Shown here: in pieces, positions 13,424 through 26,830 of the stretch
How positions within the stretch are numbered: position 1 is the first letter of the stretch
How the letters are laid out: each line of letters starts with the position of its first letter
Assembly (NCBI RefSeq): GCF_006345805.1
Contig: NC_043021.1
Span: 12,152,001 to 12,216,000, forward strand
From: Octopus sinensis
Lineage: Eukaryota
Direction: 5' to 3'
DNA length: 64,000 bases
Position numbers and translations under genes: made by a program
Notes under the pieces: model-generated
The model's database searches: none
Told to the model about the DNA's origin: nothing
What the model saw: the letters and a program-made list of their open reading frames with translations, nothing else

Positions 13424-13634
13424 AATATATATATTCTATTTGTTTCAGTCATTTGACAGTGGACGTGCTGAAGTACTGCCTTTAGTCAAACAAATTGACC
13501 CCAGGACTTATTTTTTGTAAGCCTAGTACTTATTCTATCAGTGACTTTTTGCTGAACTGCTAAGTTACAGGGACATAAACACACCAGCATTGGTTGTCAA
13601 GTGATGGTGGGAGGACAAACACAGATACACAAAC

Positions 13635-13687
<53 letters not shown>

Positions 13688-13865
13688 CGCACACACATAT
13701 ATGACAAACTTCCTTCAGTTCCCATCAATCAATTCCACTCACAAGCCTCTGGTCAGCCCGAGGTTACAGTAGAAAATACTCGCCCAAAGTTCCACACAGT
13801 GGCACTGAACTCATGTGGTTGGTAAGCAAGTTACTTACCTCACAGCCACTCCTGTGCCTATATAT

Positions 13866-13911
<46 letters not shown>

Positions 13912-14189
13912 ATGTATGTATGTATATACGATGGGCTTCTTTTAGTTTATCTACCAAATCCACTCACAAGGTTTTGGTCAGCTAGGGGTAATAGTAGGAG
14001 ACACTTGCACAAAGGTGTCCCCCCATGGAACTGAACCTGAAACCATGTGATTGGGAAGCAAACTTCTTGCTACATAGTTGTGCCAGTGCCTGCATGAAGT
14101 ACATTGGAATTTGAGATTGGTGAGAGGTAAATTTGAACAGAAAATATAGTTCTAAATAAATCAAGTTTTGTGTATGTTGATGTTCTTAA

Positions 14190-14402
14190 CCCTTTTGTTA
14201 CCATATTTCTGTTGAGATGTTCTGCGTTTCTTTCAATTAATTTAAAATCTAACAAAGAATTTAATAAAATAACTTTGTTATTATTAAACTAGCTAGGAAC
14301 ATAAATTGTGACTAAGATTTGATGGCAGATTTTATTCAGAACTTTTGAAAACAAGATATTCGTATGCCAGAGCCAGTTTCAGCCAGGTTGGTATCAAAAG
14401 GT
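14190..14402. mobile_element. piggyBac-like MITE, copy 1
   Basis: TTAA|CCCTTTTGTTACCA ... TGGTATCAAAAGGT|TTAA. Confidence 0.75.
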
Positions 14403-14426
14403 TTAAAAATATCATGGTGACATTAA

Positions 14427-14637
14427 CCCTTTTGTTACCATATTCCTGTTGAGATGCTCTGTATTTCTTTCAATTAATTTTAAATACAACAAAGAATTTA
14501 GTAAAATAACTTAGTTATCATTAAGCTAGTGTTAGGAACATAAATTGTGACTAAGATTTGGTGGAAATTTTAATTCAGAACTTTTGAAAACAAGACATTC
14601 ATACTACAGGGCCAGAAGTAGGTTGGTATCAAAAGGG
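14427..14637. mobile_element. piggyBac-like MITE, copy 2 (same family, same orientation)
   Basis: TTAA|CCCTTTTGTTACCA ... TGGTATCAAAAGGG|TTAA; internal sequence nearly identical to copy 1. Confidence 0.8.
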
Positions 14638-14739
14638 TTAATCCCCAGATGAACCTTGATTGAGCAAACAAACCTATGATGAAGGTGAGAGGACAAGTCA
14701 TGAATCCACGAATGGCAGGTCATCTCAGTCAATGGAGCC

Positions 14740-14997
14740 AGTAACACTGGGAAAAGACTGGTTTGTAAAGGGGTGTAGGTGCTGAGGAGGTAAAAGGCTG
14801 GAAGAAATGTATGTATATAGGAGACAAAAGGCTCAGTGGTTAGGGTAGCCAATAGGAGAAATGCATCCAGCAACATGAAGTGGCTACTGCAGCAAGTGTC
14901 GCTGGCCATTCTCCGCGGCAATTCCATCACGGTCATCACCACAGTGTGCTGTTGAGCCCTCCTCTTGTTCCAGGAAATGTGGCCCATTGCTCCACCT
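14740..14997 (+). mobile_element. 3' relic of a CRE-like (RLE) non-LTR retrotransposon
   Basis: 14875-14955 translates MKWLLQQVSLAILRGNSITVITTVCC*, resembling the C-terminal FQRLSxAIQRGNA motif of CRE-clade elements. A homologous copy is present at 62687-62812. Confidence 0.5.
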
Positions 14998-16454
14998 GCT
15001 GCTTTGCATCTCGGTTTTTTTTTTGTTGTTTTCATCTTTTTAAAGTGTATATTAGTAAATAAAGTATTTCTGGTCAAAAAAAAAAAAAAATATTGTAAGA
15101 CTGGTGTTGATTCCAGGACTAGGTAATGCATTGCATCCTTGAGCAAGACACTTCATTTCACATTGCTTTAGTTCACTCAGCCAGCATAAATGAGTAATCC
15201 TGTGAGGGCCTGTTACCCCATCCAGTGGGGAATATATACAGCATAGAAAAAGGGAAACTGGCCTTGTGAGTCTATATCACTTGGGAAGGAGTTTTATCAT
15301 TAATGCATGTATATATGGTTGCAGATATACTGACACATATGTGTGTATATATATATATATACATAGAGGAAGACTGGTACACGCACATACATTTATGTGT
15401 GTATATGTGTGTCAGTATAGTGGAGACGCGTGGCTTAGTGGTTAGGGTGTCAGCATCATGATCGTAAGATTGTGGTTTCGATTCCTGGACTGGGCGATGC
15501 ATTGTGTTCTTGAGCAAAACACTTCATTTCACGTTGCTCCAGTCCACTCAGCTGGCAAAAATGAGTAACACTGCGATGGACTGGCGTCCCGTCCAGCTGG
15601 GGAACACATACGCCATAGAACCAGGAAACCGGGCCCATGAGCCTTAAAGGCTTTAAAAAGGGTGCATTTATTTATTTTATTATGTGTCAGTATAGGGGTC
15701 ATGGCTGTGTAGTAAGAAGTTTGCTTCCCAACCATATTGTTCTGGTTGCAGTTGCACCGCATGGAACTATGTGAAAGTGTCTTCTACTATCGTCTTGGGC
15801 CATACAAAACCTTGTGAATCAATTTGGTAAATGGAAACTGTAAGAAGCCTCATCATCATCATCATCGTTTAACGTCCACTTTCATGCGAGCATGGGTTGA
15901 CTGAGGACTGGCGAACCAGATGGCTGAACCAGGCTCCAATCTGATCTGGCAGAGTTTCTACAGCTGGATGCCCTTCCTAACGCCAACCACTCCGAGAGTG
16001 TAGTGGGTGCTTTTATGTCCCACCGGCACGAAGGCCAGTCAGGCAGTACTGGCCACGGCCATGCTCAAATGGTGTTTTTTTTTATGTGTCACCTGCACAG
16101 GTGTCTGTGTTTGATCCCCACCATGCCTTCACTGTTTCTGTCTCCCTGTCTCACTATAACCTTTCATCATCTGACACGAGATCACCTCCTCTGATGCCTC
16201 CTCCCCTATAAAAAGATTTTTGTCTTGCAGGTTACTTGGTGACCCTGTCAGTGCAGGTGCCACTTAAAAAGCATCTAGTCCACACTGTAAAGTGGTTGGC
16301 ATTTGGAAAGGGTTTCCAACTGTAAAAATCCTGCTATTGGTTCGTTTACATCCCTGTAACTTAGCTGTTTGGCAAAAAGAGACTGATTGAATTAGTACCA
16401 AGCTTAAAAAGGAAATAAGTACAGGTGTTGATTCGTTTAACAAGAAAAAACCTT

Positions 16455-16800
16455 TTAAGGCCATGCTGCAACCAAGTCTACCAGTGCTCTCTCTTGCTGG
16501 CAGTCCTGTGCCAGCCTCTCCAAAGTGACATTAAGTTTCTGGAGATCTTGCTTAATCCCGTCCAGTCATCTGGTGTGGAGCCTGCCACAAGGCCTTTTCA
16601 AGAGGATAACCCTGGTAGCATGATCTAGTGGGAGACAGAGGACATGTCTGTACAAGTGTATGCAGCGGATAGCTTTAAGGTGGGATGTGCGTTGGATTTT
16701 TTAAGAAGATCCAAAAAGTGTGACGTACATGACATTGCACGAAATAAATTTTCCCACCTGAAAAGATTGCCTGTTAATTCCTCTGAAATTTTTCCAGAGC
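16455..16800 (-). mobile_element. RTE-clade LINE 3' fragment
   Basis: Minus strand RPCGRLHTR*LDGIKQDLQKLNV...LAQD...LVDLV. Confidence 0.6.
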
Positions 16801-19431
16801 GGCATAAAAAGCCCCATAGTGATTATTTGGGAAAGAGGGAGGAGTTTGGTGAATAAATAGCTTGATATTTCGGCGTTTCAATCTTATCAGACATCATCAG
16901 CAAAGAATTTTAGCTGATATACATCGAAAGAGAATGAGAGAGAGATAAAAAGAGGGAGTGGGGGGGAAACACCATGATATTTAGATAAAACAAAAATTGA
17001 TAAAAGACAAAGAGAGGGGGGGGGGGAGAAAGAGAGAGAGAGAAGAAAATATGGAAGACCAAAGGCGTGTATAAGCAAACAGAGAAAGGGAGAAAACGAA
17101 AGAGCGAGGGTAAAAGAAACAGGAAAAATAAAAGCAAACAGAAGTAACGACATATATAAAATTACATTATCATTTAAGTCACAGTTGTGTTTTGAATTGT
17201 CTTACTTCATTCAGCCGTTTGCTAAACTTTACAAGAAGAAAAACATTCTCGATGTATCAGCGCAATTTTTATTTGTGTTATTACAAAGTAGCGACACTTC
17301 CATAATAAAATCAATATCTATACTTTCATAACAAAACTTTTTTACTATTTAAAGCTTCAATACGCTGTGGAATTTGTTTCCTCATAAGTTTCAGAAAACA
17401 TGAAGAAATATTCTACAAATACCTTTTAGATTGTGTAGATATACCTACATATGTGTGTGTGTGTGTGTGTGTATATTCCTATAGAAAAGAGTAAGAATTA
17501 CCTAGCGCCAAATACCTTAAATTTCCAGATTGTACGCTTTAAGCACCGTGACGACCCTAAAAAGAGGAAAAAAATTTGGAGCAGGGATAACTCCACCCCC
17601 ATGTACCTTTTCCTCTTTTTAGGATCTTAATCCACGATGCGTAAAGCATACACAGCCCAAAAATTAAGATTTGGAGCACGCGACTGTTATATAAGAATGC
17701 CCAACCCACCACACATATATATGCATACACACACACACACATATATATATACATACACATATATATATATACAAGCTTACATATGTATGTATTGATATAC
17801 ACGTATATAAACATACACATATATAAACATATATATATACCCATATATATATATATATATATACATACATACATACTGTATACACATTCACAGATTATAT
17901 ATAAATCAAAGCTATTTAAACAATAGACGAAATCAAATCAAGTCTTGTCATGCGTTGAAGGCAAAAGTCACACCTGAGACTGGTGTTATATAACACATCT
18001 AGAAACCCACTTAAGTTGCGCTTGAAAACATTTCGACTCATTTTAAGCTGTATGACAACTAACAATATCCACACAATTTAAAGCACATTTGAATTTACCC
18101 CCACTTGAAACAATTACACGCTCATAAACTCGAAGAAGCTCACAAATCCGAGGATTTTCTTTTAAACGTGTGTTACTTTTTTGACTTGCCGCAGTTGATT
18201 TATAACTGCATATAAATGTCGCGTATTAAAATAAATGTTTTTTGTTTGGCAGGCAGTTAATAGTTTACGTTGAACCGGGTGGGTGTCTTATTAAAGACCG
18301 AATTTTTTTTGATGATAGTAAAACAAACAGAAGAAAATAGTGGGCGGAGAACGAGGTGCTGACGGACGAACGAAGTTAACAACACAAGTGGTATGTAGCG
18401 CGAGTTTGGTTGCTAAATAGCAAGAATTCTGTCGAGAAAACAGCGAAATACCAAAGAGAAAGAAAGCGTTAAAGAGTTGTGTTTGAACGAAACACTAGGG
18501 AAACCCATCGAGAAGATATTAAGAATTTTTATCATTTTTTTTTTGTGTTTTGTTTTGTCTTCTTCATGAGGAATTAAAAATTATATTAAAACAGAGAAAT
18601 AAAAATAATAATAATAACAGATAAGACTGTGGAGGAAATATGTCAAATATATACATGGAAGTCCGTCATTTATTAAATACAGAGTTGAGAAACTTCGATT
18701 AAACGAGATTAATTTCAGCTAATCGAAGTTTCTGGATTTAATGTATTAAGATATATGAAACCCTACAACAAAAACAGAGGTGAAGTTGCCGAATATATGC
18801 ACAAACAACGACCTCTATTACAAAACAAGGGACCACATAAAAACGACCAACTACATTCTTCTAATTTACATATGAACGATCAGTGTACGTAAGTGACTAC
18901 TATGCTTAATTAAACTGAGTTAATTACCATTTTATGATATATTTTATAAACATAAAACAGTACAACATAGAATTTTCGTAGATATTCAGGGTGGATTCCA
19001 CACGTGTAGTTGGAACTAGTACTTAATGAGCTAATGATTAAGCCAGTGATAATTAAGGCTAATTAAGCCGATTTAATTACCGTTTTATAGTAAATTTTAT
19101 AAACAATAAAAGCACCAGAGTTTAGAAATTTTGGAGTCATTCGAGGATTCCAGCATGTAGTTTTAATATGGTCCCTTCTGTTATGTAAAGGAGGTTGTTG
19201 TTGACGTCGGTAAACTCGACAAGTTTACTGATACAGATCAGATACATACAGTTATTATCGATGAAGATAAGAAGAGAGAGAAAAAGCGATCGATAAAAGA
19301 TAGACGATTTGGAAACTCAGAGAAGTGCAACATTGCTTGACTTCATTTAACGATTTTCCGCATGAAGTTTGTATATAGTTAAGTGTGACTGGCAAAAAGT
19401 TTAAAAACAAATCATTCTAGTCGGGACTTAC

Positions 19432-19673
19432 CTCGTTAAACAGCAAACAGAAACGATAGCGGCGTGAGTAAACGAAATAAACACATTTTTCCATCGCCAG
19501 TGCAGTTTTGGGTTGTTAAGAAAAGATGATGTCTTTAGGTAGCGGTCCACAATGAAAGCTGTAATTTGGAAAAATAAAAATGATACTGTGGTTATTATGA
19601 TTCCGGTTGCTGCTGTGGAATCAGGCAGTGGCCATTCATCTCTATCAACATATTGCTCACGCGATGTCTCCAT
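19432..19673 (-). CDS. TLC domain-containing protein (TLCD1/TLCD2-like), first coding exon; the rest of the gene apparently lies left of the window
   Basis: Translation METSREQ...TGIIITTVSFLFFQITAFIVDRYL...HWRWKNVFISFTHAAIVSVCCLT has an N-terminal TM helix plus a WRWxNxxxSFxHA motif, as in TLCD1 (WRWHNLLVSFAHS). Start context aaacaATGG. Strong phase-2 donor AG|gtaagt at 19431. The ORF stops 2-4 nt into the intron. Confidence 0.85.
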
Positions 19674-21506
19674 TGTTTTATACTGTCACAACAGGTGATA
19701 GTCGCGAAATGAAGCAAGGCGGCAAACCCAAAAGGAGAAGAAAAAAAACCAATGACCGAACGAAACAGACCGAATGTTATAAATGAGATATGGAGAAGAA
19801 AATCTTCGGATTTGCGAACTTGTTGACTACGGAGAAGATGTATGTTTTGTTTCGTTTTTCTCTGGGACGTTTGTGATTTCCTCAAATAAAAAAAAAAGAA
19901 AGAAAAAGGAGCAGGGAACGAGAGACCATCCACACTCTCTCCTAATGATAGAGTTGGTGCTAAGTGACCAACTTTCTATTGCCGCTGCTGCTGCTTGATG
20001 TCAGGATCAGATACTTAATGACACACAGCACACAACCACGTCCACACACACAAATACATAACGTACACGCCCACATACACACGCATAAAATCTGTGTGCA
20101 TTATATACGCACATTTGCGTGTGTGTGTGTGTGTGCCCGCCCCCACCAAACTCACTTATACAAGCTATCACAATACACATCTATTCATAGTCACACACAT
20201 ACACCACACACACACATGTAGATACTGTTAGGCACATACAGCTCTCTCTCGCTTTCTTTCTTTCTTTCTCTCTCGCTTTCTTTCTTTCTTTCTTTCTCTC
20301 TCTCTATATATATATGTATACGTATATATATGTATATATAGGTATGTATGTGCATACACGCATACACAAATACAAACAGATATTCAGCTAGATATATAGA
20401 AGGTAGATAGATAGGTAGGTAGGTAAAAGCCCGCCCACAGATCTACACACACAAACATAAATATATTCACAAACTCGAGCATATATGGAAGGAAATCAAT
20501 CATCCAGAAGAGTCGAACTATTTTGAATTTCAATAAGTATCGATTGCTATAGTTTTATGTTATTTCCATACACAAACTTATTTGAATTTTTTTCATTTAA
20601 GATCTTGCAAAACCTGCAACGCGATTAAGCTGTGCGGTCTAGTTTAATAAGAGGAAAAGAAAGAGGAGTAGAAAGATTTTGTTGACGACTACTAGGTCTT
20701 GTTGTAAGGGGTGGGCGAGCAATTGAACTTTTATCATCGCAAAACGAAGACAGATCTTGGAAAAGCAGGGAGAGCCATTACAGGATCACGCGCAAATCTC
20801 CCCACCCCCGCCAAAGAAAAACAAAACACGCAGTTGTAAGAGTTAACCCTTTTGTTACCATATTTTCCCGTTGAAATAATTATTAATACACAGCCTTTGC
20901 TTCAATTCATTTTGAAAATATTGAAGAATCTTCATAAAATAACGTTATCAATTATTAAGCAAATGTTTGGAACATGCATTAAAATGAATAGATCACTTTA
21001 AAAGAATGGAAGTTTATGTCAAAGAACCAGGAACAGGCGTAAAGCGGGGTTGGCGTCAAAAGGAAATTGGTGAAATAAACAACCGCTTTCCTTAGGCACA
21101 ACAAGATTGAAGACGAAAAGCATGCTCCAGAAAAGGGGTCAGTGTGTGACCTAGTTAGATTCATTCAATAGTGACGTTACAGAAAGATATCGTGTGCTGA
21201 GAGTTGATATGTTTAATTAAGCGAGCTCCAGACCAGCACTGGTTCAAACAAAGCTCACCAATGATCAAAGATATCACGATGTTCCAGCTGTGACTGTCCC
21301 GCCTTTTTGCCATTTTTTTTTCTTCTTTTTTCTCTCTATTTTTGTAAATGTATCTTTGGTTACATTGTCCACCTTGTCCTTCCTGTCTTTTCTTTTCTTT
21401 TCTTTTTTTTGAGACTGTAGTATATCGTTTAAGGGAATCTGAAGATTTTTAGCAAATCTAGTGATCACGCAAAAGTAGAAACTCCTTGTATCGAATTAGG
21501 TTCGAG

Positions 21507-21544
<38 letters not shown>

Positions 21545-23840
21545 TAGAGAGAGAGAGAGCAGATGTGTGTGAGTGTGAATGTATAGATGAGATGTAAGTG
21601 TATGGCATGTGTAGGTGTATGTGTGAATGCCTGAGTGTATAATGTGCATAATTGTATGTGTGTATGTGTATATTGTGTCTATATGAGTAGATGTGTGTGA
21701 ATGTATATATGTGTGTGAGTGTAAAGTGCGCAAAAGTGTATATTCTGTGGGGAAATGTATATATATATATGCGTAAATGTACGTGTGTAAGCAAAAATGT
21801 GTGATTATGTGTAGAAGTGTATCTGTAAGAATAAATGTGCATTCGTGTATAAATGCATGTGTGTGAATATAAATGTAGTTGCGTGAGTGTATATGTGTGA
21901 ATATATAATATATATTTATGTACATATACGTACATGTTTGGTTGTGTTTATATGTGAAGAGACGTGTTTATATAAGAGTATGACTAGGTGTGTGTGTGTG
22001 TATGTGTGCAGATGCGTTTGCGTATGTGACTTTAAAGTATGTATAGGTTTGTTTATGAATGCAAATCTATGTATAAACCTCCACACGAACCCTTATTTTT
22101 CACTTGCGCTCTAAGTTTCCCTTCACTTCCACTTTTAATTCTTTACCCGTCTTGTCTATCACATGTGACACAGGACTTGTTCTCCTACTGTCCATGTATC
22201 ATATGATACACTTTCCCAGTTATTTTTTCAAACACCAGAGTGACTTTGGATTTAATATATGGACCCCGCGGTTTTTCTCAACCTGGATCCATATAAGATT
22301 TTGCTGTTAAAATTTATCTTCAATAAATTAAATAAATTAATTATACTTGTACAATACACAAAATATTTTAACAATTTTTCATACAATTCCTAATAATATT
22401 TAAATAAATGAAATATAACTCGAGTTTCTTTTTTAAACAACGAATATCCAGGAGCGTACATAAAAAAATATATGTTTGTGAAACACTGCTTCATAATTCA
22501 TAACAAGGGCGTTTAGAACAAACTTATGAAAATGTTTCGAAGAGGCGAAGGGTTAAAGTTCATTGTCAGAATATGTGAAGAAATATTAAGATTAAGATTA
22601 AATATTAATACACGCCAAAGGGAAATATAGAGGTCAGTTGAAAGAGGATTTAAAATGTGCGGCGGGTTGCGATGAGATAGGAGCGATAGAGCGCCTAATA
22701 ACAGGCAAAAAAAGAAAAGAAATACCTCAGAGTCGCGGAAACATAACATTAGAGAAGATGGAATGGAAAAAGATATGATAGATTCTTCATGACTAAGGAA
22801 GACGTCGAGGATCATCAAAGGAAGAATACCGGCAAAGAAGCATTTGTGGAAATGTGAAGAAAGAGTGGGGGGAAAGAGAGGAGGGTACATGTATAAGTAA
22901 ATAAACACTGACACATGTACACACGCACGCGCGACAGCTTCTTTCGGTTTTCCGTCTACCAAATCCACTCACAAGAGTGGTCAGCCCGGGGGGAAAATTC
23001 CTGGTTTTGGGTAAAAGAAAATTCCTGGTTTTGGGTGAAAGAAAATACAGGAGGATCAGTTATGATTTTATTCAACAAATTCTCCTCTCAGATTGACACA
23101 CTTATTGCAACAGTCCTTCAGTTTTTCTAAGCCCTGTAAAAGAACCTGGGGTGTGTGTGTGTGTGTATGCGCGCGCGCGCGTGTGTGTGCGTTTATGTGT
23201 TTGTTCCCCTGCCATCACTTGACAACTGATGCTGGTGTGTTTGTCCCTGTATCTTAGCGGTTTGGCAAAAGAGACCAATAGGATAAGTACTAGGCTTTCA
23301 AGGAAGAAATCCTGGGGTCAATTTCCACTAAGACCCTTTAAGGTGGTAGCATGGCCACAGTCAAATGACTGAACTGAAACAATTTAAAAAATAAAAGAAT
23401 ATATATATGGATTATTTCTGTTTGGCTGCCATTTTTCAATTTCTTCAATTTTTGTTCCAATTGATTTCATATTTGGTGTTTTGGTGTAGTTTTGTATGGT
23501 AATCATTGACATGAAATTCATATGCATCAGCTTTTGACTAAAAGTACTATATGTTTTGGCATGTTAACAACAGGTCTGCTAGTATAATTTCTTGAGGACA
23601 CATCATTTCAGACCCTATCAGGGTTAAACGCGCATACATAACTACAACAACCATTAACAACAGACGCATTGTACAATGCTCATTTAACAATATAAAACTG
23701 TGCATGCCACAACTCCCCCATTCCATATCTGTACAAGTCAGACTTAATCCCATCCCTCCCTCCCTCCAAAATTTCAGGCCTTGTGCTCACAGTAGAAAGG
23801 ATTATTATTGTTATTATTATTATTATTATTATTATTGTTA

Positions 23841-23885
<45 letters not shown>

Positions 23886-24083
23886 GGTGGTTAGCTCATT
23901 GGACAAAGGGCTTTGCAACATTTCATCTGTTTTTATGTTTAGAGTTCAAATTCTGCTGGGGTTAACTTTACCTTTTATCCTTTTAGGGTCAATAAATTAA
24001 GTACCAGTCAAGCACTGAGGTTGATGTAATTGACTAGCACCGCCTTCCACCAAATTTCAGGCTTTGTGCCCATAGTAGAAAGA

Positions 24084-24130
<47 letters not shown>

Positions 24131-24571
24131 TCTTTTACTCTTTTACTTATTTCAGGCATTTGACTGTGGCCATGCTGGAACACTGCCTTTAGTTGAGTAA
24201 ATCGACCCCAGGACTTATTCTTTAGAAGCCTAATACTTATTCCATCGGTCTCTTTTTCCCGAACTGCTAAGTTACGGGGACGTAAACACACCATCATTGG
24301 TTGTCAAGCAATGTTGGGGGGACAAACATAAACACATACACACACATACATATAAATATATATACATATATACGACGGGCTTCTTTCAGTTTCCGTCTAC
24401 CAAATCCACTCTTAAGGCTTTGGTTGGCCCAAGGCTATAGTAGAAGACACTTGCCCAAGGTGCCATGCAGTGGGATTGAACCTGGAACCATGTGGTTCGT
24501 AAGCAAGCTACTTACTACACAGTCATTCCTGCGCCTATTTATTATCATCATCAGTAGTAGTAGTAGTGGTG

Positions 24572-24604
<33 letters not shown>

Positions 24605-25581
24605 TTACTAGTCCTTATCAGTCAGTATGCTGGCGGGTAACAACCTAGTCAAGATGAAATAGATCCTTCAGCAGAAACCTACAACAATGATCCTATTGAT
24701 ATGCTCAACAACTTGTCATTATAGTGAAAGTCTTTTTTAAAGTCTGTGTTACATTGCCTATGTGTTGAAACACATAAAGTAATACACACACAAACAACCA
24801 AAAGGATAACTATATGTACTATATATTTACACACACACATACATACATATACACATATAGCTATCTTTTTAAAGTCTGTGTTGCATTGTGTTGACAGATT
24901 TGCACTTAAAATTCTCATGTTTTTAATTGAAACTTGTTAGTTACTATAGTGACTACACTATCTATCTATCTTTCACTGTCTCTCTCTCTCTCTCTTTTAC
25001 TGTATTTCTGTCTCAACAACTTTTTCTTCACCCCCTTCTTCTAAATGTACGCTGTAACAGGAATTTTCTCTTTTTTAATCCACCCCTTCTTCCCACCCTC
25101 TAACAGATGTTGTCACAGAAGGCAGATAGGGTTCAGCTTCTCTTTTATAATATAAGATTATCATTATTATCGTTAAGATAGCGAGCTGGCAGAATTGTTA
25201 TCACACAGAGCAAAAAGCTTAGTAGCACTTTGTCTTTACGTTCTGAGTCTCAGTTCCTCCAAAGTCCACTTTGCCTTTCATCTTTTTGAAATCAATAAAA
25301 TAAGTACCAGTTGAATACAGGGGTCAATGCAATCAACTTAATCAAAAGGCAGTGAACTAGCAAAATTATTTGCATGCTGGATAAAATAATTGGTGGAATT
25401 TCTTTTGCTTTATGTTCTTTTTTCAAATTCTGACAAGGTCAACTTTGCCATTCATCATTTTTGGTGTCGATAAAATAAGTACCAGTTGAGCACTGAAGAT
25501 GATATAACTGATTATCCCCCGTCTACAAAATTTGATGCCTTCTGCCTGTAGTAGAAAGGATTATTATTATTATTATTATGT

Positions 25582-26146
25582 CATTATCCAACACAACTGT
25601 TATTTCTAGCTGGCTGATTGACCACATAGAGGCTTCCTCTTTGATGAGATCTTTTAGTTAATGGCAAGTCCTGGAGGAAAGGGCTGCATGCATTATCCAC
25701 TACACTACTTTCTAAAATGTTATGGTGTAATTTGAGAAAAGATGGCTATTATTTCTAGCAGGTTGATCGACCACATAGAGGCTTCCTCTTTGATGAGATC
25801 TTTTGGTTAATGATGTGTTTGGAAGGAAGGGGCTGCATGCATTATCCAATACATTACTTTCTAAGATATTAGGGTGTGATTTGAAAAAAGTTGGCTGCTA
25901 TTTCTAGCAGGTTGATCGACCACATAGAGGTTTCCTCTTTAATGAGATCTTTTGGTTAATGGCATGTCTTGGCGGAAGGGACTGCATGTATTATCCAACA
26001 CACTACTTTCTAAAAAGTTATGGTGTGATTTGAGAAAAGTTGGCTGCTATTTCTAGCAGGCTGATCGACCACACAGAGGCTTCCCCGTTGATGAGATGTT
26101 TTTTTTGTTAATGATATGTTCTGGAGGAAGAAGTTGTATACATGCA
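25582..26146. repeat. 149-bp tandem repeat, about 3.8 units
   Basis: TATTTCTAGC recurs at 25601, 25750, 25899 and 26048 (exact 149-bp period). Confidence 0.92.
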
Positions 26147-26394
26147 TGGCCTTCACATGATCTCTATCTCAATGACACTGATACTTTTGATGGTTGCACG
26201 ATTAGGAAATTTATATCTCAATCCGATGGTTTTGGCTTAAGTCCCACTGCATGGCATCTTGGGTAAGCATCTTCTACTGTATTGCTGAGCCAACCAATTG
26301 TAAAATTGCCCAAGCATTTCAAAATCAAGTTGTTCATTGCAACTGTTGAATCAGTTAAACATGGACACTAAGAAAGAAATTATCAAATGGGCTA

Positions 26395-26830
26395 ACTGGA
26401 TGCTACACAATAACTCTGAGCACCATTTCAAACTCCACCTGTCTAACACCCATGGACATGTTTACAAAATCAGAAAACAGCACAGCTCTTACTAACAATA
26501 ACTCTGAGCACCTTTTCAAACTCTACCTGTCTAACACTTGTAGACATGTTTACAAACTCAGAAAACAGCACAGCAGTAAAGAAATCCCATGACTTTCGGA
26601 AATATTATTTCATGCTAAGAGTTGCTGAAGCATGGAACAAACTGCCGGCATCAGTTGTTAGTTGCTGGAGCACTGCATCCTTCAAAACTTCCATGCTTCC
26701 TGAGATTCACCAACACTACACCTGATTTTCTCCCCTCCATACACACGCAAGTATCTATCTGACTCATACACTGTCCACTTCCCAGACATTTGTACATTAC
26801 TGCAGATGCTTTATACGCACTTTTGACAAT
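26395..26830 (+). mobile_element. CR1/L2-type LINE 3' end with an internal duplication of about 88 bp
   Basis: HDFRKYYFMLRVAEAWNKLPASVVSCWSTASFKTSM. The same 3' UTR recurs at about 27825-27960. Confidence 0.8.

Noticed and set aside
25582-26146. CRISPR-like array
   Set aside because: The units are conserved over their whole length with no unique spacers, and the context is eukaryotic.
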